From Acidimicrobiia bacterium (lineage in GTDB: Bacteria > Actinomycetota > Acidimicrobiia > IMCC26256 > PALSA-555), in assembly GCA_035763745.1 (NCBI GenBank), contig DASUAO010000055.1:2509-66508 (forward strand): a DNA stretch of 64,000 nucleotides. Direction: 5' to 3'. Position 1 is the stretch's first letter; every line of letters begins with the position of its first letter. Under the pieces are notes generated by a model. The model was given only the letters and a program-made list of their open reading frames with translations. It ran no database searches and was not told the DNA's origin. Position numbers and translations under genes: made by a program. Below, in pieces: positions 10,423 through 19,356 of this stretch.

Positions 10423-11127
10423 CTAGCGCGGGTCGGCCCGGTCGCGGATCCGGGCTGCGTAGACCGCCGCCTGGGTCCGCCGCTCCATCCCGAGCTTCGT
10501 GAGCAGGTTCGAGACGTAGTTCTTCACCGTCTTCTCGGCCAGGTGCACCTGCTCGGCGATCTGACGGTTCGTGAGCCCGTCGGCGATCAGGTCGAGGATC
10601 TTGCGCTCCTGGTTCGTGAGGCGGGCGATGCGCTCGTCGGTCTCGGGTCCCGAGCGGAGGCGCTCCAGCACCCGGGCGGTGACCGCCGGGTCGAGGAGCG
10701 ACTGGCCCTGTGCGACCTGGCGGACGCCGGCGACGAGGTCCTGTTCCTTCACCTGCTTGAGCAGGTAGCCGGCGGCGCCGGCCATGATCGCCTGGAACAG
10801 GGCCTCGTCGTCGGCGAACGACGTGAGGATCAGGCACTGGATCTCGGGGTGGCGGGATCGGATGTCGCGGCAGACCTCGACGCCGCTGCCGTCGGGGAGT
10901 CGCACGTCGAGCACCGCCACGTCGGGGCGGGTCGGCGGGATACGCGAGAGCGCCTCCTCGGCGGTCCCGGCCTCGCCGACGACGACGAGGTCGCCCTCTG
11001 CCTCGAGCAGATCACGGAGTCCCCGTCGCACGACCTCGTGGTCGTCGAGCAGGAACACCCGCACCGGCTCGCCCGTGCTCGTGGGGTCGTCGGGCGAGGA
11101 TCCGGTGCTTCGGCGCTTGGCGTGCAT
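10423..11127 (-). CDS. LuxR/NarL-family response regulator (DosR/DevR-like)
   Basis: Start at MHAKRR (ATG 11125-11127). Receiver domain VRVFLLDDHEVVRRGL...DVAVLDVRLPDGSG. C-terminal HTH LTNQERKILDLIADGLTNRQIAEQVHLAEKTVKNYVSNLLTKLG. Confidence 0.9.
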   Translation of the reverse strand: MHAKRRSTGSSPDDPTSTGEPVRVFLLDDHEVVRRGLRDLLEAEGDLVVVGEAGTAEEALSRIPPTRPDVAVLDVRLPDGSGVEVCRDIRSRHPEIQCLILTSFADDEALFQAIMAGAAGYLLKQVKEQDLVAGVRQVAQGQSLLDPAVTARVLERLRSGPETDERIARLTNQERKILDLIADGLTNRQIAEQVHLAEKTVKNYVSNLLTKLGMERRTQAAVYAARIRDRADPR

Positions 11128-11171
11128 CGTTGCAGTCTTGCCGACGGTCACCCCTGCGAGCCAGGGACCAA

Positions 11172-11184
11172 TGACCTTCGGCCC
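11172..11184. promoter_or_regulatory. Candidate response-regulator operator, copy 2 (TGACCTTCGGCCC, reverse complement of copy 1)
   Basis: Lies in the 130-nt divergent region between the regulator gene (start 11127) and ORF 11258. It is flanked by the related half-site AGGGACCAATGACC. Confidence 0.4.
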
Positions 11185-11257
11185 GTGACCCTCGACCCTT
11201 CCAACCCGCGACCGATGCGGGGACGATCGGCGCACGACACCGTCGAGGGGAGCCGCG

Positions 11258-11887
11258 ATGCGGGTGTTGGTGGTGGGCACGATGCCCGGGGTGATGGCCG
11301 AGACCGCGGAAGCACTGGGTGCGGCCGGGCATGCCGTCGTGCGGTGCCACGACGGTGCCCACGCGTTCCCGTGTGCCGGGCTGGAGTCCGGTGGGAGCTG
11401 CCCGATCGAGGACGGGCCCGTCGACGTCGTGGTGGCGGCTCGCGACCACCCGTGGCCGCGACCGTCCCCGTTCGAGGAAGGGGCCGTGTGCGCGCTGCGC
11501 CGTCACATCCCGATGGTGGTGACGGGGCCGACCACCGCGCTGCACCCCTACGGGCCCTTCGGGGCCGTCGAGGTGCCTCCCGACGGTGACCTCGTGGCCA
11601 CCTGCGAGGAGGTCGTCGCCGCGCCGCTCGAGGAGCACAGCCAGATCGCTCTCGACAACGCCCGGACCGCCCTCGAGCTCGCAGGTGTGGGCACCACGGA
11701 CCTGCGCGCGACGGTGCGTCATCGCCTGGCCGAGCACGGTGGTGGGTTGGTGGTCGAGCTGCGCCTGCCCGCGGCGCTTCCCGAGTCGCCGCGCGGCCTG
11801 CGTTCGAACCTGGTCGCGAAGGTGGTCGGCGCGTTGCGCCTCCACGACCCGTACGCGGCGACGATCGACGCGTCCATCGTCACCTGA
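11258..11887 (+). CDS. Hypothetical protein, Rossmann-like N-terminus with Cys cluster
   Basis: 209 aa, ATG preceded by GAGGGGA. MRVLVVGTMPG... followed by RCHDGAHAFPCAGLESGGSCP. I recognise no family. Confidence 0.6.
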   Translation: MRVLVVGTMPGVMAETAEALGAAGHAVVRCHDGAHAFPCAGLESGGSCPIEDGPVDVVVAARDHPWPRPSPFEEGAVCALRRHIPMVVTGPTTALHPYGPFGAVEVPPDGDLVATCEEVVAAPLEEHSQIALDNARTALELAGVGTTDLRATVRHRLAEHGGGLVVELRLPAALPESPRGLRSNLVAKVVGALRLHDPYAATIDASIVT

Positions 11888-11951
11888 CCCGAGTACCATC
11901 GACCCGATTCCGGGCCCCACCCTCGGGTCCCGCGACCAGGAGGCGCGCACC

Positions 11952-13232
11952 ATGGCGGTCGATGTCGCAGATCTCAGCGCGGAGCAGCTCGTCGAGCGCA
12001 CGCACTCGTGGCTGGCCGAGGTGCTCCCTGTCGGCTGGATGCAGGCGATCGACGCCGGCGACCTCGACGCGTGGGGGAAGCTGCGCGCCGACCTCGACTA
12101 CGACGCCTGGTGCAAGCAGCTCGGTGAGGCGGGGTACGCCACCCCGACGTGGCCCGCGGAGTACGGCGCCGGTCTGTCGCTGAAGCCCGGTCAGGCGAAG
12201 CACGTCAACGAGACGCTGAACCGGTACCGTGTGCCGCGCCCGTTCAACATCATCGGCATCGGGATGGGGGGTCCGACGCTCATCGCGTGGGGCACCGAGG
12301 AGCAGAAGCAGCGCCATCTCCGTCCGCTCGCCACGAACGAGGAGATCTGGTGCCAGCTGTTCTCGGAGCCGGGCGCCGGATCCGACGTCGCCGGACTCGC
12401 CACCCGTGCCGTCCGCGACGGCGACGAGTGGGTCATCACCGGACAGAAGGTCTGGACCACGCTCGCGCACCTGTCGCGCTGGGGGATGCTGCTTGCGCGG
12501 ACCAACCCCGATGTCCCGAAGCACAAGGGCCTCACCTACTTCGTCCTCGACATGCAGGCACCCGGCGTGGAGGTCCGCCCGCTCGTGCAGATCACGGGCG
12601 ACGCCGAGTTCAACGAGGTCTTCATGGAGGACGTCCGCATCCCCGACACGATGCGGGTCGGCCCCGAAGGCGAAGGCTGGCGCGTCGCGATCACTACCCT
12701 GATGAACGAGCGCATCGCGCTCTCCGGCGCCGGCTCCCTGTCCGGCGACGCGTCGGGCGGCAGCCCGAGCGAGCGACTGATCGCGCGGCACGCACCGACG
12801 ACCGATCCGCTCGATCGCCAACGCCTGGCCCGGCTCTACATCGAGGACCGGTTGATCAAGATCACCAACCAGCGCGCCGCCGCGAAGCGCAAGACGAGCG
12901 GCGAGGCCGGGCCGGAGGGCTCGATCACCAAGCTGATGCAGGCGGAATTCAATCAGCGCCTCCAGGACGCAGCGCTCGACCTCGAGGGCCCGGTGGGGGT
13001 CGCGTGGGAAGGGAAGCCGCTCGTCGGCGACCGTGCCATGGGGTTCCTGAGCAGCATCGGCGAGAACGCGCGCGACACGGCGCGGTCCTTCTTGCGGGCC
13101 CAGGCGAACACGATCGAGGGTGGGACGTCGAACGTGATGCGCAACATCCTCGGCGAGCGCGTGCTGGGCCTCCCGAAGGAGCCGGACAGCTCCCGCGAGA
13201 CGCCCTGGAAGGATGTCCCGAGGTCGGGCTGA
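11952..13232 (+). CDS. Acyl-CoA dehydrogenase family protein
   Basis: 426 aa from MAVDVADLS. WCQLFSEPGAGSDVAGLATRAVRDGDEWVITGQKVWTT and the C-terminal IEGGTSNVMRNILGERVLGLP are typical ACAD signatures. Confidence 0.88.
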   Translation: MAVDVADLSAEQLVERTHSWLAEVLPVGWMQAIDAGDLDAWGKLRADLDYDAWCKQLGEAGYATPTWPAEYGAGLSLKPGQAKHVNETLNRYRVPRPFNIIGIGMGGPTLIAWGTEEQKQRHLRPLATNEEIWCQLFSEPGAGSDVAGLATRAVRDGDEWVITGQKVWTTLAHLSRWGMLLARTNPDVPKHKGLTYFVLDMQAPGVEVRPLVQITGDAEFNEVFMEDVRIPDTMRVGPEGEGWRVAITTLMNERIALSGAGSLSGDASGGSPSERLIARHAPTTDPLDRQRLARLYIEDRLIKITNQRAAAKRKTSGEAGPEGSITKLMQAEFNQRLQDAALDLEGPVGVAWEGKPLVGDRAMGFLSSIGENARDTARSFLRAQANTIEGGTSNVMRNILGERVLGLPKEPDSSRETPWKDVPRSG

Positions 13233-13266
13233 CCGGGCGCAGTTCGTCGGACCGCGCGCCGTCACG

Positions 13267-14379
13267 ATGCCAGCAGATGCGATGAGCCGGCTGAGCCGGT
13301 CGCTCCGTCGCTTCCTCTGGCGCCGGGGGGCCACCGAGGCCGAGGTCGAACGGGCCGTCGACGCGGAGAACCTCGCCCTCCTCGTGCTCGACCGCGAGAT
13401 CATGCCGGGAGAGCGCCGCTACACCATGCTCGACCTGGCCCGTCGCGGTGGTACCGACGTCGAGACCGCGCGTGCGGTGTGGCGGGCGATCGGATTCCCC
13501 GACCTGCCTGACGACCGACCCGCGTTCCGCGACACCGACGTGGCCGCGCTCCGGGCATTCCTGAAGACGTTCGCGAACCCGTGGATCGAGGACTGGTCGC
13601 TCGACCGCGCCCTCCCGCAGGCGCGGGTGCTCGGTGCGTCCCTCGCCCGGTCGGCCGATGCGGTCACCGACGAGATCGCGGCCTCGTTCGAGACGGCGTT
13701 CGCGCGTGGCGTCTCCGACGCGCAGCTGGCCGAGGGGCTCGCCGAGGTCGTGGAGTTCGACGACGTGGCGCGCCTGGTGGCCCACGTCTTCCGGCTCCAG
13801 ATGCGCGCGTCGTTGTGGCGCCGTCTGGCCGGTGCGAGCCCGGACCTCCCGGGGACGGTGACGGGCTCGGTCGGCTTCGTCGATCTGGTCGGCTACACCG
13901 CGCTGGTCAACGAGCTCGACCCCGAGGAGGTGGCGAAGCTCGTGAGCCGGTTCGGGGAGCTGACGCACGACCGCGTCGTCGCCGGCGGTGGTCGGGTGGT
14001 GAAGACCATCGGCGACGAGGTGATGTTCATCGCCGACTCGGTCGAGGCCGCGGCGCACATCGCGGTGGATCTGACGGTGCAGTCGCTCGGTGACGACGTC
14101 CTCCCGGCGACGCGTGCCGGCGTCGCGACCGGGGCGATGGTGTCGCGCGACGGGGACTACTACGGGCCGGTCGTGAACCTCGCGGCCCGCCTCACCGAGA
14201 TGGCGCGCCCCGGCACGGTGCTGGCATCGGCCGAGATCGGCGAAGCGCTCGCCGACGACGAGCGCTTCACGATGCGACGCATCGCTGGCCGCAAGGTGCG
14301 CGACATCGGGCGGATCGACGTCTTCCGTCTGGATCCGGCGCGTCCGCCGCGCGGCCGTTCGGTAACGTCGAGACCATGA
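13267..14379 (+). CDS. Class III adenylate/guanylate cyclase with about 190-aa N-terminal domain
   Basis: Catalytic domain VGFVDLVGYTALV...VKTIGDEVMF...GPVVNLAARL. Start uncertain (13213 or 13267). The stop overlaps the mca ATG (ATGA 14376-14379). Confidence 0.8.
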   Translation: MPADAMSRLSRSLRRFLWRRGATEAEVERAVDAENLALLVLDREIMPGERRYTMLDLARRGGTDVETARAVWRAIGFPDLPDDRPAFRDTDVAALRAFLKTFANPWIEDWSLDRALPQARVLGASLARSADAVTDEIAASFETAFARGVSDAQLAEGLAEVVEFDDVARLVAHVFRLQMRASLWRRLAGASPDLPGTVTGSVGFVDLVGYTALVNELDPEEVAKLVSRFGELTHDRVVAGGGRVVKTIGDEVMFIADSVEAAAHIAVDLTVQSLGDDVLPATRAGVATGAMVSRDGDYYGPVVNLAARLTEMARPGTVLASAEIGEALADDERFTMRRIAGRKVRDIGRIDVFRLDPARPPRGRSVTSRP

Positions 14380-15296
14380 AGTCCGGACTGCCGCTCGACC
14401 TCGCAGGGAACCGTCTGTGTGTCCTCACGGTGCACGCTCATCCGGACGACGAGGCGTCGAAGGGCAGCGCGACGATCGCGCGCTACCACCAGGAAAGGAT
14501 CCGCACCGTGCTCGTGTGCTGCACGGGCGGGGAGGCGGGAGACATCCTCAACCCGGCCGTGGACACTCCGGAGGTACGCGAAAACCTCCGCGAGGTCCGG
14601 ATGGCCGAGCTCGAGGCCGCAGCCGAAGTGATCGGATACGACGAGGTGCACATGCTCGGGTACCACGACTCCGGCATGCCCGACACCGAGCCGAACGCCC
14701 GCGCCGACAACTTCGCGAACGCGCCGCTCGACGAGGCCGTCGGTCGTCTCGTGGCGCTGATCCGGCGCGAACGGCCCCAGGTGATCGTGAGCTATGCCGA
14801 AGACCACTCGTTCTACCCGCACCCCGACCACATCCGGGTCCACGAGATCTCGGTCCCGGCGTTCGATGCCGCCGGCGATCCCGACCGTTATCCGGAGTCG
14901 GGTGAGCCGTGGCAGCCGGCGAAGATGTACTACACGGGCTTCTCCCGACGTCGCGTGCAAGCGCTCCACGAAGAGTTCGTGCGCCGTGGCGACGAGAGCC
15001 CCTACGCCCGCTGGTTCGAGGCGGGGTTCCCCGACAAGGACGAGCGGTTCACGACGTTCGTCGACGTGGGGGAGTGGCTGCACGCGCGGCGCGCCGGGTT
15101 GCTCGCCCATCGGACGCAGGTCGATCCCGAGGGGCACTGGATGCGGCTGCCCGACGACGCGGTCCGGCGCGTGTTCCCCTGGGACGAGTACGTGCTGGCT
15201 CGCTCGACCATCGACCCTCTCCCGGAGGGCGAGATCGAGGACGACCTCTTCGCTCGAGTACGAGCCGACGCGTCGGTCGGTACACTCCCGCGCTGA
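14376..15296 (+). CDS. mca: Mycothiol S-conjugate amidase (LmbE/PIG-L family; Mca, MshB not excluded)
   Basis: LTVHAHPDDEASKGSATIARY...VLVCCTGGEAGDILNP...YPHPDHIRVHEISV...GEPWQPAKMYY is closely collinear with mycobacterial Mca as I recall it. Confidence 0.8.
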   Translation: MKSGLPLDLAGNRLCVLTVHAHPDDEASKGSATIARYHQERIRTVLVCCTGGEAGDILNPAVDTPEVRENLREVRMAELEAAAEVIGYDEVHMLGYHDSGMPDTEPNARADNFANAPLDEAVGRLVALIRRERPQVIVSYAEDHSFYPHPDHIRVHEISVPAFDAAGDPDRYPESGEPWQPAKMYYTGFSRRRVQALHEEFVRRGDESPYARWFEAGFPDKDERFTTFVDVGEWLHARRAGLLAHRTQVDPEGHWMRLPDDAVRRVFPWDEYVLARSTIDPLPEGEIEDDLFARVRADASVGTLPR

Positions 15297-15362
15297 TCGG
15301 GACAGACGCGCGATCGGCCGCGTCCCAGCCCACGCGGGCCCGCCGACGAGAGGGAGTTCTCG

Positions 15363-15749
15363 ATGCCGAAGTACCTCACCCAGGAATGGCTCGACGAGGG
15401 CCGTGAGCTCGCGAAAGACCAACCGGAACGACCGGGAGCGTCGGCGAAGATGCAGTACGCCCTCTCGGGTGGTCCCGACGGCGAGCTGAAGTACTACTGG
15501 GTCCTCGAGGACGGACGACTGCTCGAGAGCCAGCTGGGGGAGATCGCGGACCCCGACTTCACGATGTCGATGAGCTACGACGACTCGGTGCTCATCCAGA
15601 AGGGCGAGCTCGACGTCAACGCGGCGTTCATGCAAGGTCGGGTGAAGGTCGCGGGGAACATGGGCAAGCTCATGCAGCTGATGCCGCTCACGAACTCGCC
15701 CGAGTACAGGGCGCTCCAGGACAAGGTCAGGGAGATCACCGAGTTCTGA
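15363..15749 (+). CDS. SCP2 sterol-binding domain protein
   Basis: 128 aa. MPKYLTQEWLD... with GELDVNAAFMQGRVKVAGNMGKLMQL, the typical SCP2 C-terminal motif. Confidence 0.8.
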   Translation: MPKYLTQEWLDEGRELAKDQPERPGASAKMQYALSGGPDGELKYYWVLEDGRLLESQLGEIADPDFTMSMSYDDSVLIQKGELDVNAAFMQGRVKVAGNMGKLMQLMPLTNSPEYRALQDKVREITEF

Positions 15750-15750
15750 G

Positions 15751-15804
15751 TCGCCGGATCAGGGCCGCCGGATCAGGGCCGCCGGATCAGGGTCGCCGGA
15801 TCAG
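15751..15804. repeat. Tandem array A: 4 x 14 nt (YCGCCGGATCAGGG)
   Basis: Copies start at 15751, 15765, 15779 and 15793 (the last is 12/14). The array fills the whole spacer between convergent stops 15749 and 15801. The minus-strand TGA of the GNAT gene lies in copy 4. Confidence 0.9.
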
Positions 15805-16613
15805 ATGCGGAGGCGGTGCATGCGGAAGGCGCGGCTCGCGACCGCGCCGGCCTTCGCGTAGAACGGGATCGGCGCCACCCACGCGATCTCGGCGTGCGTG
15901 TCGCCCCAGGTCGTCGCGATGTCCTCGGCGAGCGCGCCGAGGATCGCGTGGCCGACCCCGTGCCGGCGTCGGTTCGGGTCGGTCGCCATCGGCCCGATCC
16001 ACGCCCGCCGATTGACCGAGTGCGCACCGAACCCGACCGTCACCCCCGATGCATCGCGTGCGGCGAACGTGGTGCCGCGGCGGGCTCCTCGCTCGATCTC
16101 GTCCTCCCAGTGTGGGAACTCGCGGCCGGCCAGCTCGACCGCGCCGTCGCCGGTCTCGCGCTCGACGGTGACGCCCGGCGGTGGTCCGGCTCGGAACGAC
16201 GTGGGGAGCGACATGTTGAGGCCGTGGTCGTACGCCTCGAACCCGAGCTGCTGGAAGAACGCGAGTGCGGCCGTGCTCGAGAGGTCCACGCCGGGCCACA
16301 CGTAGCGGGGTGCGCAGTTCCCGGTGTGGACCTCGCCGACATCTGCCGCTCGGGCGCGGGCCACGACCTCCTCCACGAGCGCTCGCCCGATGCCCTCTCG
16401 CCGGCGGGCCGGCGCGACGGCGAGCAGCAGGATCCAGGCCGTGCGGAACGTCCCGAGCTGCCGGTGCATCCAGACGATCGCACCGTCGGGTCCACCGAGG
16501 GCCTCTGCGCCGGGGCCGAAGCACGACTCGCGGAGATCGTCGACGCCGAGCGCGTCGTGGGGGAGCGCGATCTCGCAGAGTGTGTGGAGCTGTGAGGGAG
16601 TGACCTCGCTCAC
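15801..16613 (-). CDS. GNAT family N-acetyltransferase with two GNAT-like halves
   Basis: 270 aa. Acetyl-CoA motifs LLLAVAPARRREGIGRALV and MATDPNRRRHGVGHAIL. The GTG start overlaps the TGA of the upstream YdjC-like gene (GTGA). Confidence 0.8.
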   Translation of the reverse strand: MSEVTPSQLHTLCEIALPHDALGVDDLRESCFGPGAEALGGPDGAIVWMHRQLGTFRTAWILLLAVAPARRREGIGRALVEEVVARARAADVGEVHTGNCAPRYVWPGVDLSSTAALAFFQQLGFEAYDHGLNMSLPTSFRAGPPPGVTVERETGDGAVELAGREFPHWEDEIERGARRGTTFAARDASGVTVGFGAHSVNRRAWIGPMATDPNRRRHGVGHAILGALAEDIATTWGDTHAEIAWVAPIPFYAKAGAVASRAFRMHRLRI

Positions 16614-17446
16614 CGGGCGGATCGCTGGACGTCGCGCAGCTCCCGGAAGCCGATGACCTGGGCGCCGGCTCGGTCGAGGAGGTCGCGCAGCGACGGGTCG
16701 TGGCAGAGGAACGCGTGGTCCTCCACGCGGCCGGCCCAGTCGGGGTGGGACGCGCGGAGCTCGTCGGTGTCGATCGCAGGGTGGAAGTAGATCTCGGTCA
16801 CGCCCGGTCGGAGGTCGAAGAGCGCGCGCTCTGCGTGACGCCGTCCCCCCACCCCCGAATAGAGGACGAAGTGGTCGGGGAAGACGATGCCCTCGGCGCG
16901 TGCGAGCTCCCGGTAGGGGAAGCCGACCACGCGTTCCCCGCCTGCGGGCCCCATCCGCAGCGGGAGGTCGAACTCGACCGCCAGCTCGAGGTAGGCGTCG
17001 AAGAAGTCGGCCCGCAGCTGGAGCGTTCCCATGTGGCTGTCGAGGTGGGTCACGTCGAAGCCCCAGAGGATCGCCCGCTCGACCTGCGCGCGCAGCTCAC
17101 GTCGGACCTCGTCGAGGTCGGCATGGTCCCAGGAGTCCTCGAGCGTGCGCGGGAAACCGCCGTCGCCGTCGAGCAGGCTCGGCGCCTGCGTGATCGGTGC
17201 CCACCGGTACGTCTCCCACTCCGAGTTGAGCGTGAGATGCACACCGACGTCGTCGCCGCGGTAGCCCGCAGCGGCGTCGCGTGCCCACGGGCACGGCACC
17301 ATCAACGACGCGCTCGACGCGGCGCCGTTGCGCAGCGAGTCGTAGGTGGCGACGTTGGCCGACCGGCTCGAGCCGAGATCGTCGCAGTTGATGATGACCA
17401 GCTTCGCGTCGGCCGCGTGGCCCAGGCGCTCGACGAGGGTGGTCAT
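16610..17446 (-). CDS. YdjC/ChbG/HpnK family carbohydrate deacetylase
   Basis: Start at MTTLVERLG. LVIINCDDLGSSRSANVA...GVHLTLNSEW...THLDSHMG matches the YdjC-like pattern. Confidence 0.8.
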   Translation of the reverse strand: MTTLVERLGHAADAKLVIINCDDLGSSRSANVATYDSLRNGAASSASLMVPCPWARDAAAGYRGDDVGVHLTLNSEWETYRWAPITQAPSLLDGDGGFPRTLEDSWDHADLDEVRRELRAQVERAILWGFDVTHLDSHMGTLQLRADFFDAYLELAVEFDLPLRMGPAGGERVVGFPYRELARAEGIVFPDHFVLYSGVGGRRHAERALFDLRPGVTEIYFHPAIDTDELRASHPDWAGRVEDHAFLCHDPSLRDLLDRAGAQVIGFRELRDVQRSAR

Positions 17447-17559
17447 CCGTACCGCTCGATGTCGACGCTGGTCACCGTGGCTCCTCGGAGGTCGCAGGTC
17501 CGTGGGGGGTGGTGCTGCGCGACCTCGGCGCGGATGGTACCGCCCTCTACGCTGACCCG

Positions 17560-18333
17560 ATGCGCCGTCGCCGTGCACTCGTCGGGCTCGTGGTGCTGAT
17601 CGTGACGGTCGCGACGGCGTGCAGCAGCGGGGGATCCGGTTCGTCGCGGGGCCCGACCACGACCACGGCGGCGACCGCTCCGGGCTCCGACAGTGGGTGT
17701 GAGTTCATCGTCGCCTCGACCGGTCGCCGGTTCCGCCAGGCACCGGCCGATCTGCAGTACCTCCAGACGGCGACGGCCGAGCCGACCGGGTGCTACGACA
17801 AGATCACCTTCACGTTCGACCACGGCGACGGTCCGAACCTTCCTCCCGGCTACGTCGTCGAGTACCGGGAGCCGCCGTTCATCGAAGGGATCCGCTCGTC
17901 GAGCGAGGGTTTCCCCGACGCGAAGGCGATCCTCTACGTGGAGTTCCGACCCGCGTCGACGTCGGATCGACGGTTCTCCGGTCGCGCGGTGCAGACGTAC
18001 AAGGGGAACCTCAGGCTCCAGTTCCCGGCGGTCGGCCCCTTCAGCGAAGGCGGCATGGGGCACACCGTGATCGTCGAATGGCTCGACAAGGCGCCGCCCT
18101 CGCTCCCGGAGGCGCTCGCTCCGGTCGAGGAGACCACGACGACGGCTCCGGCCGACGCGGCTGCACCGACGGAGCCGGTCCCGCCGGTCCCGCCGGTCCC
18201 GCCGGTCGAGTTCGTCCCCAACGACCCCGCCGTCACCCGTGTCGTCTGGCTCATCGGGCTGGACTCGAAGCGGCCCTTCACCGTGGACTCCGCGAACCAG
18301 CCCTCGCGCGTGAGCGTCCTGATCATGCGCTGA
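17560..18333 (+). CDS. Putative lipoprotein with Pro-rich linker
   Basis: MRRRRALVGLVVLIVTVATACSSGG (signal peptide plus lipobox-like TAC). Internal PVPPVPPVPPV is encoded by a 9-nt tandem repeat at about 18175-18207. Confidence 0.7.
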   Translation: MRRRRALVGLVVLIVTVATACSSGGSGSSRGPTTTTAATAPGSDSGCEFIVASTGRRFRQAPADLQYLQTATAEPTGCYDKITFTFDHGDGPNLPPGYVVEYREPPFIEGIRSSSEGFPDAKAILYVEFRPASTSDRRFSGRAVQTYKGNLRLQFPAVGPFSEGGMGHTVIVEWLDKAPPSLPEALAPVEETTTTAPADAAAPTEPVPPVPPVPPVEFVPNDPAVTRVVWLIGLDSKRPFTVDSANQPSRVSVLIMR

Positions 18334-18338
18334 GGACC

Positions 18339-19292
18339 TCACGTGACGAGCACGATCTTCCCCAGCTTGGCGCCTGCGGAGAAGCGGTCGTAGGCGGCGG
18401 CCGCCTCTGCCATCGGCACGGTCGCCTCGATCGGGACGCGGACGGCGCCGCGCGCGAGGAGTGGGAGCACCGAACGTTCGAAGCCGCGCGCGACGGCAGC
18501 CTTGTCCTCGAGCGACCGGGCGCGCAGGGTCGACCCGTGGATGCGTCCCCGGCGGCTCATCAACGCGAGGAGGTCGAGCTCGGCGCGTGCGCCACCGCCC
18601 ACTCCGATGATCGAGATGCGACCCCCGGTGGCGAGGTGTTCCACGTCGCCGGCGAGGTTCGGGCCCCCTATGAGCTCGAGCACGACATCGAAGGGTCCCC
18701 GTGCGCCGTGCTCATCGGGCGCACAGACCTCGACCACGCCGCAGGGCTCGCCGATCGCGGCGACACGATCCCGGAGCTCGGGGGTGCGCACCGTGGCGAC
18801 GACGTGCGCGCCGGCATGCGCGGCGAGCTGGACGCCCGCGATCCCGACACCTCCCGCGGCGCCGTGCACCAGCACGCGCTCTCCGAGCGTCAGCCCACAT
18901 TGCGTGAAGAGCGCGTCGTGTGCCGTCGAGAAGACCTCCGGCGCGCCGCCCGCCTCGGCCCAGTCCAGTTCGGGTGGGACCGCGATCGCGTGTCGCTCCG
19001 ACACGATCGCGAGCTCTGCCTGTCCGCCGCCGCCGGTGACCGCCATGACCCGGTCGCCGACGGCGAACCGGTCCACCCCGTCGCCCGTCGCCACCACCGA
19101 GCCGGCGAGCTCGAGTCCGGGGATCGCGGCCGGTGCTCCGGCTGGTGCGGGGTACAACCCGATGCGCTGGAGCATGTCGGCGCCGTTCAGCCCGGCCGCG
19201 CGCACCTCCACGAGCAGCTCTCCGGTTCCGGGAACCGGGTCCGGGTGCTCATGCCATTCGAGCGCGCCATCGATGATCGTCACTGCATGCAT
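18339..19292 (-). CDS. NADPH:quinone oxidoreductase / zinc-type alcohol dehydrogenase superfamily (MDR)
   Basis: 317 aa. GELLVEVRAAGLNGADMLQRIGLYP...VLVHGAAGGVGIAGVQLA. Confidence 0.85.
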   Translation of the reverse strand: MHAVTIIDGALEWHEHPDPVPGTGELLVEVRAAGLNGADMLQRIGLYPAPAGAPAAIPGLELAGSVVATGDGVDRFAVGDRVMAVTGGGGQAELAIVSERHAIAVPPELDWAEAGGAPEVFSTAHDALFTQCGLTLGERVLVHGAAGGVGIAGVQLAAHAGAHVVATVRTPELRDRVAAIGEPCGVVEVCAPDEHGARGPFDVVLELIGGPNLAGDVEHLATGGRISIIGVGGGARAELDLLALMSRRGRIHGSTLRARSLEDKAAVARGFERSVLPLLARGAVRVPIEATVPMAEAAAAYDRFSAGAKLGKIVLVT

Positions 19293-19356
19293 GGGCCCAT
19301 TCGACCACGCGCGGCCCGGGGACCGGAGACCGGGGCGGGAGCGGTACCGTCGTCAG

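Noticed and set aside
15751-15804. Possibility that the tandem arrays (also 25654-25698 and 47948-47986) are CRISPR arrays
   Set aside because: The units are 13-15 nt and directly abut each other with no spacers. No cas genes are present.
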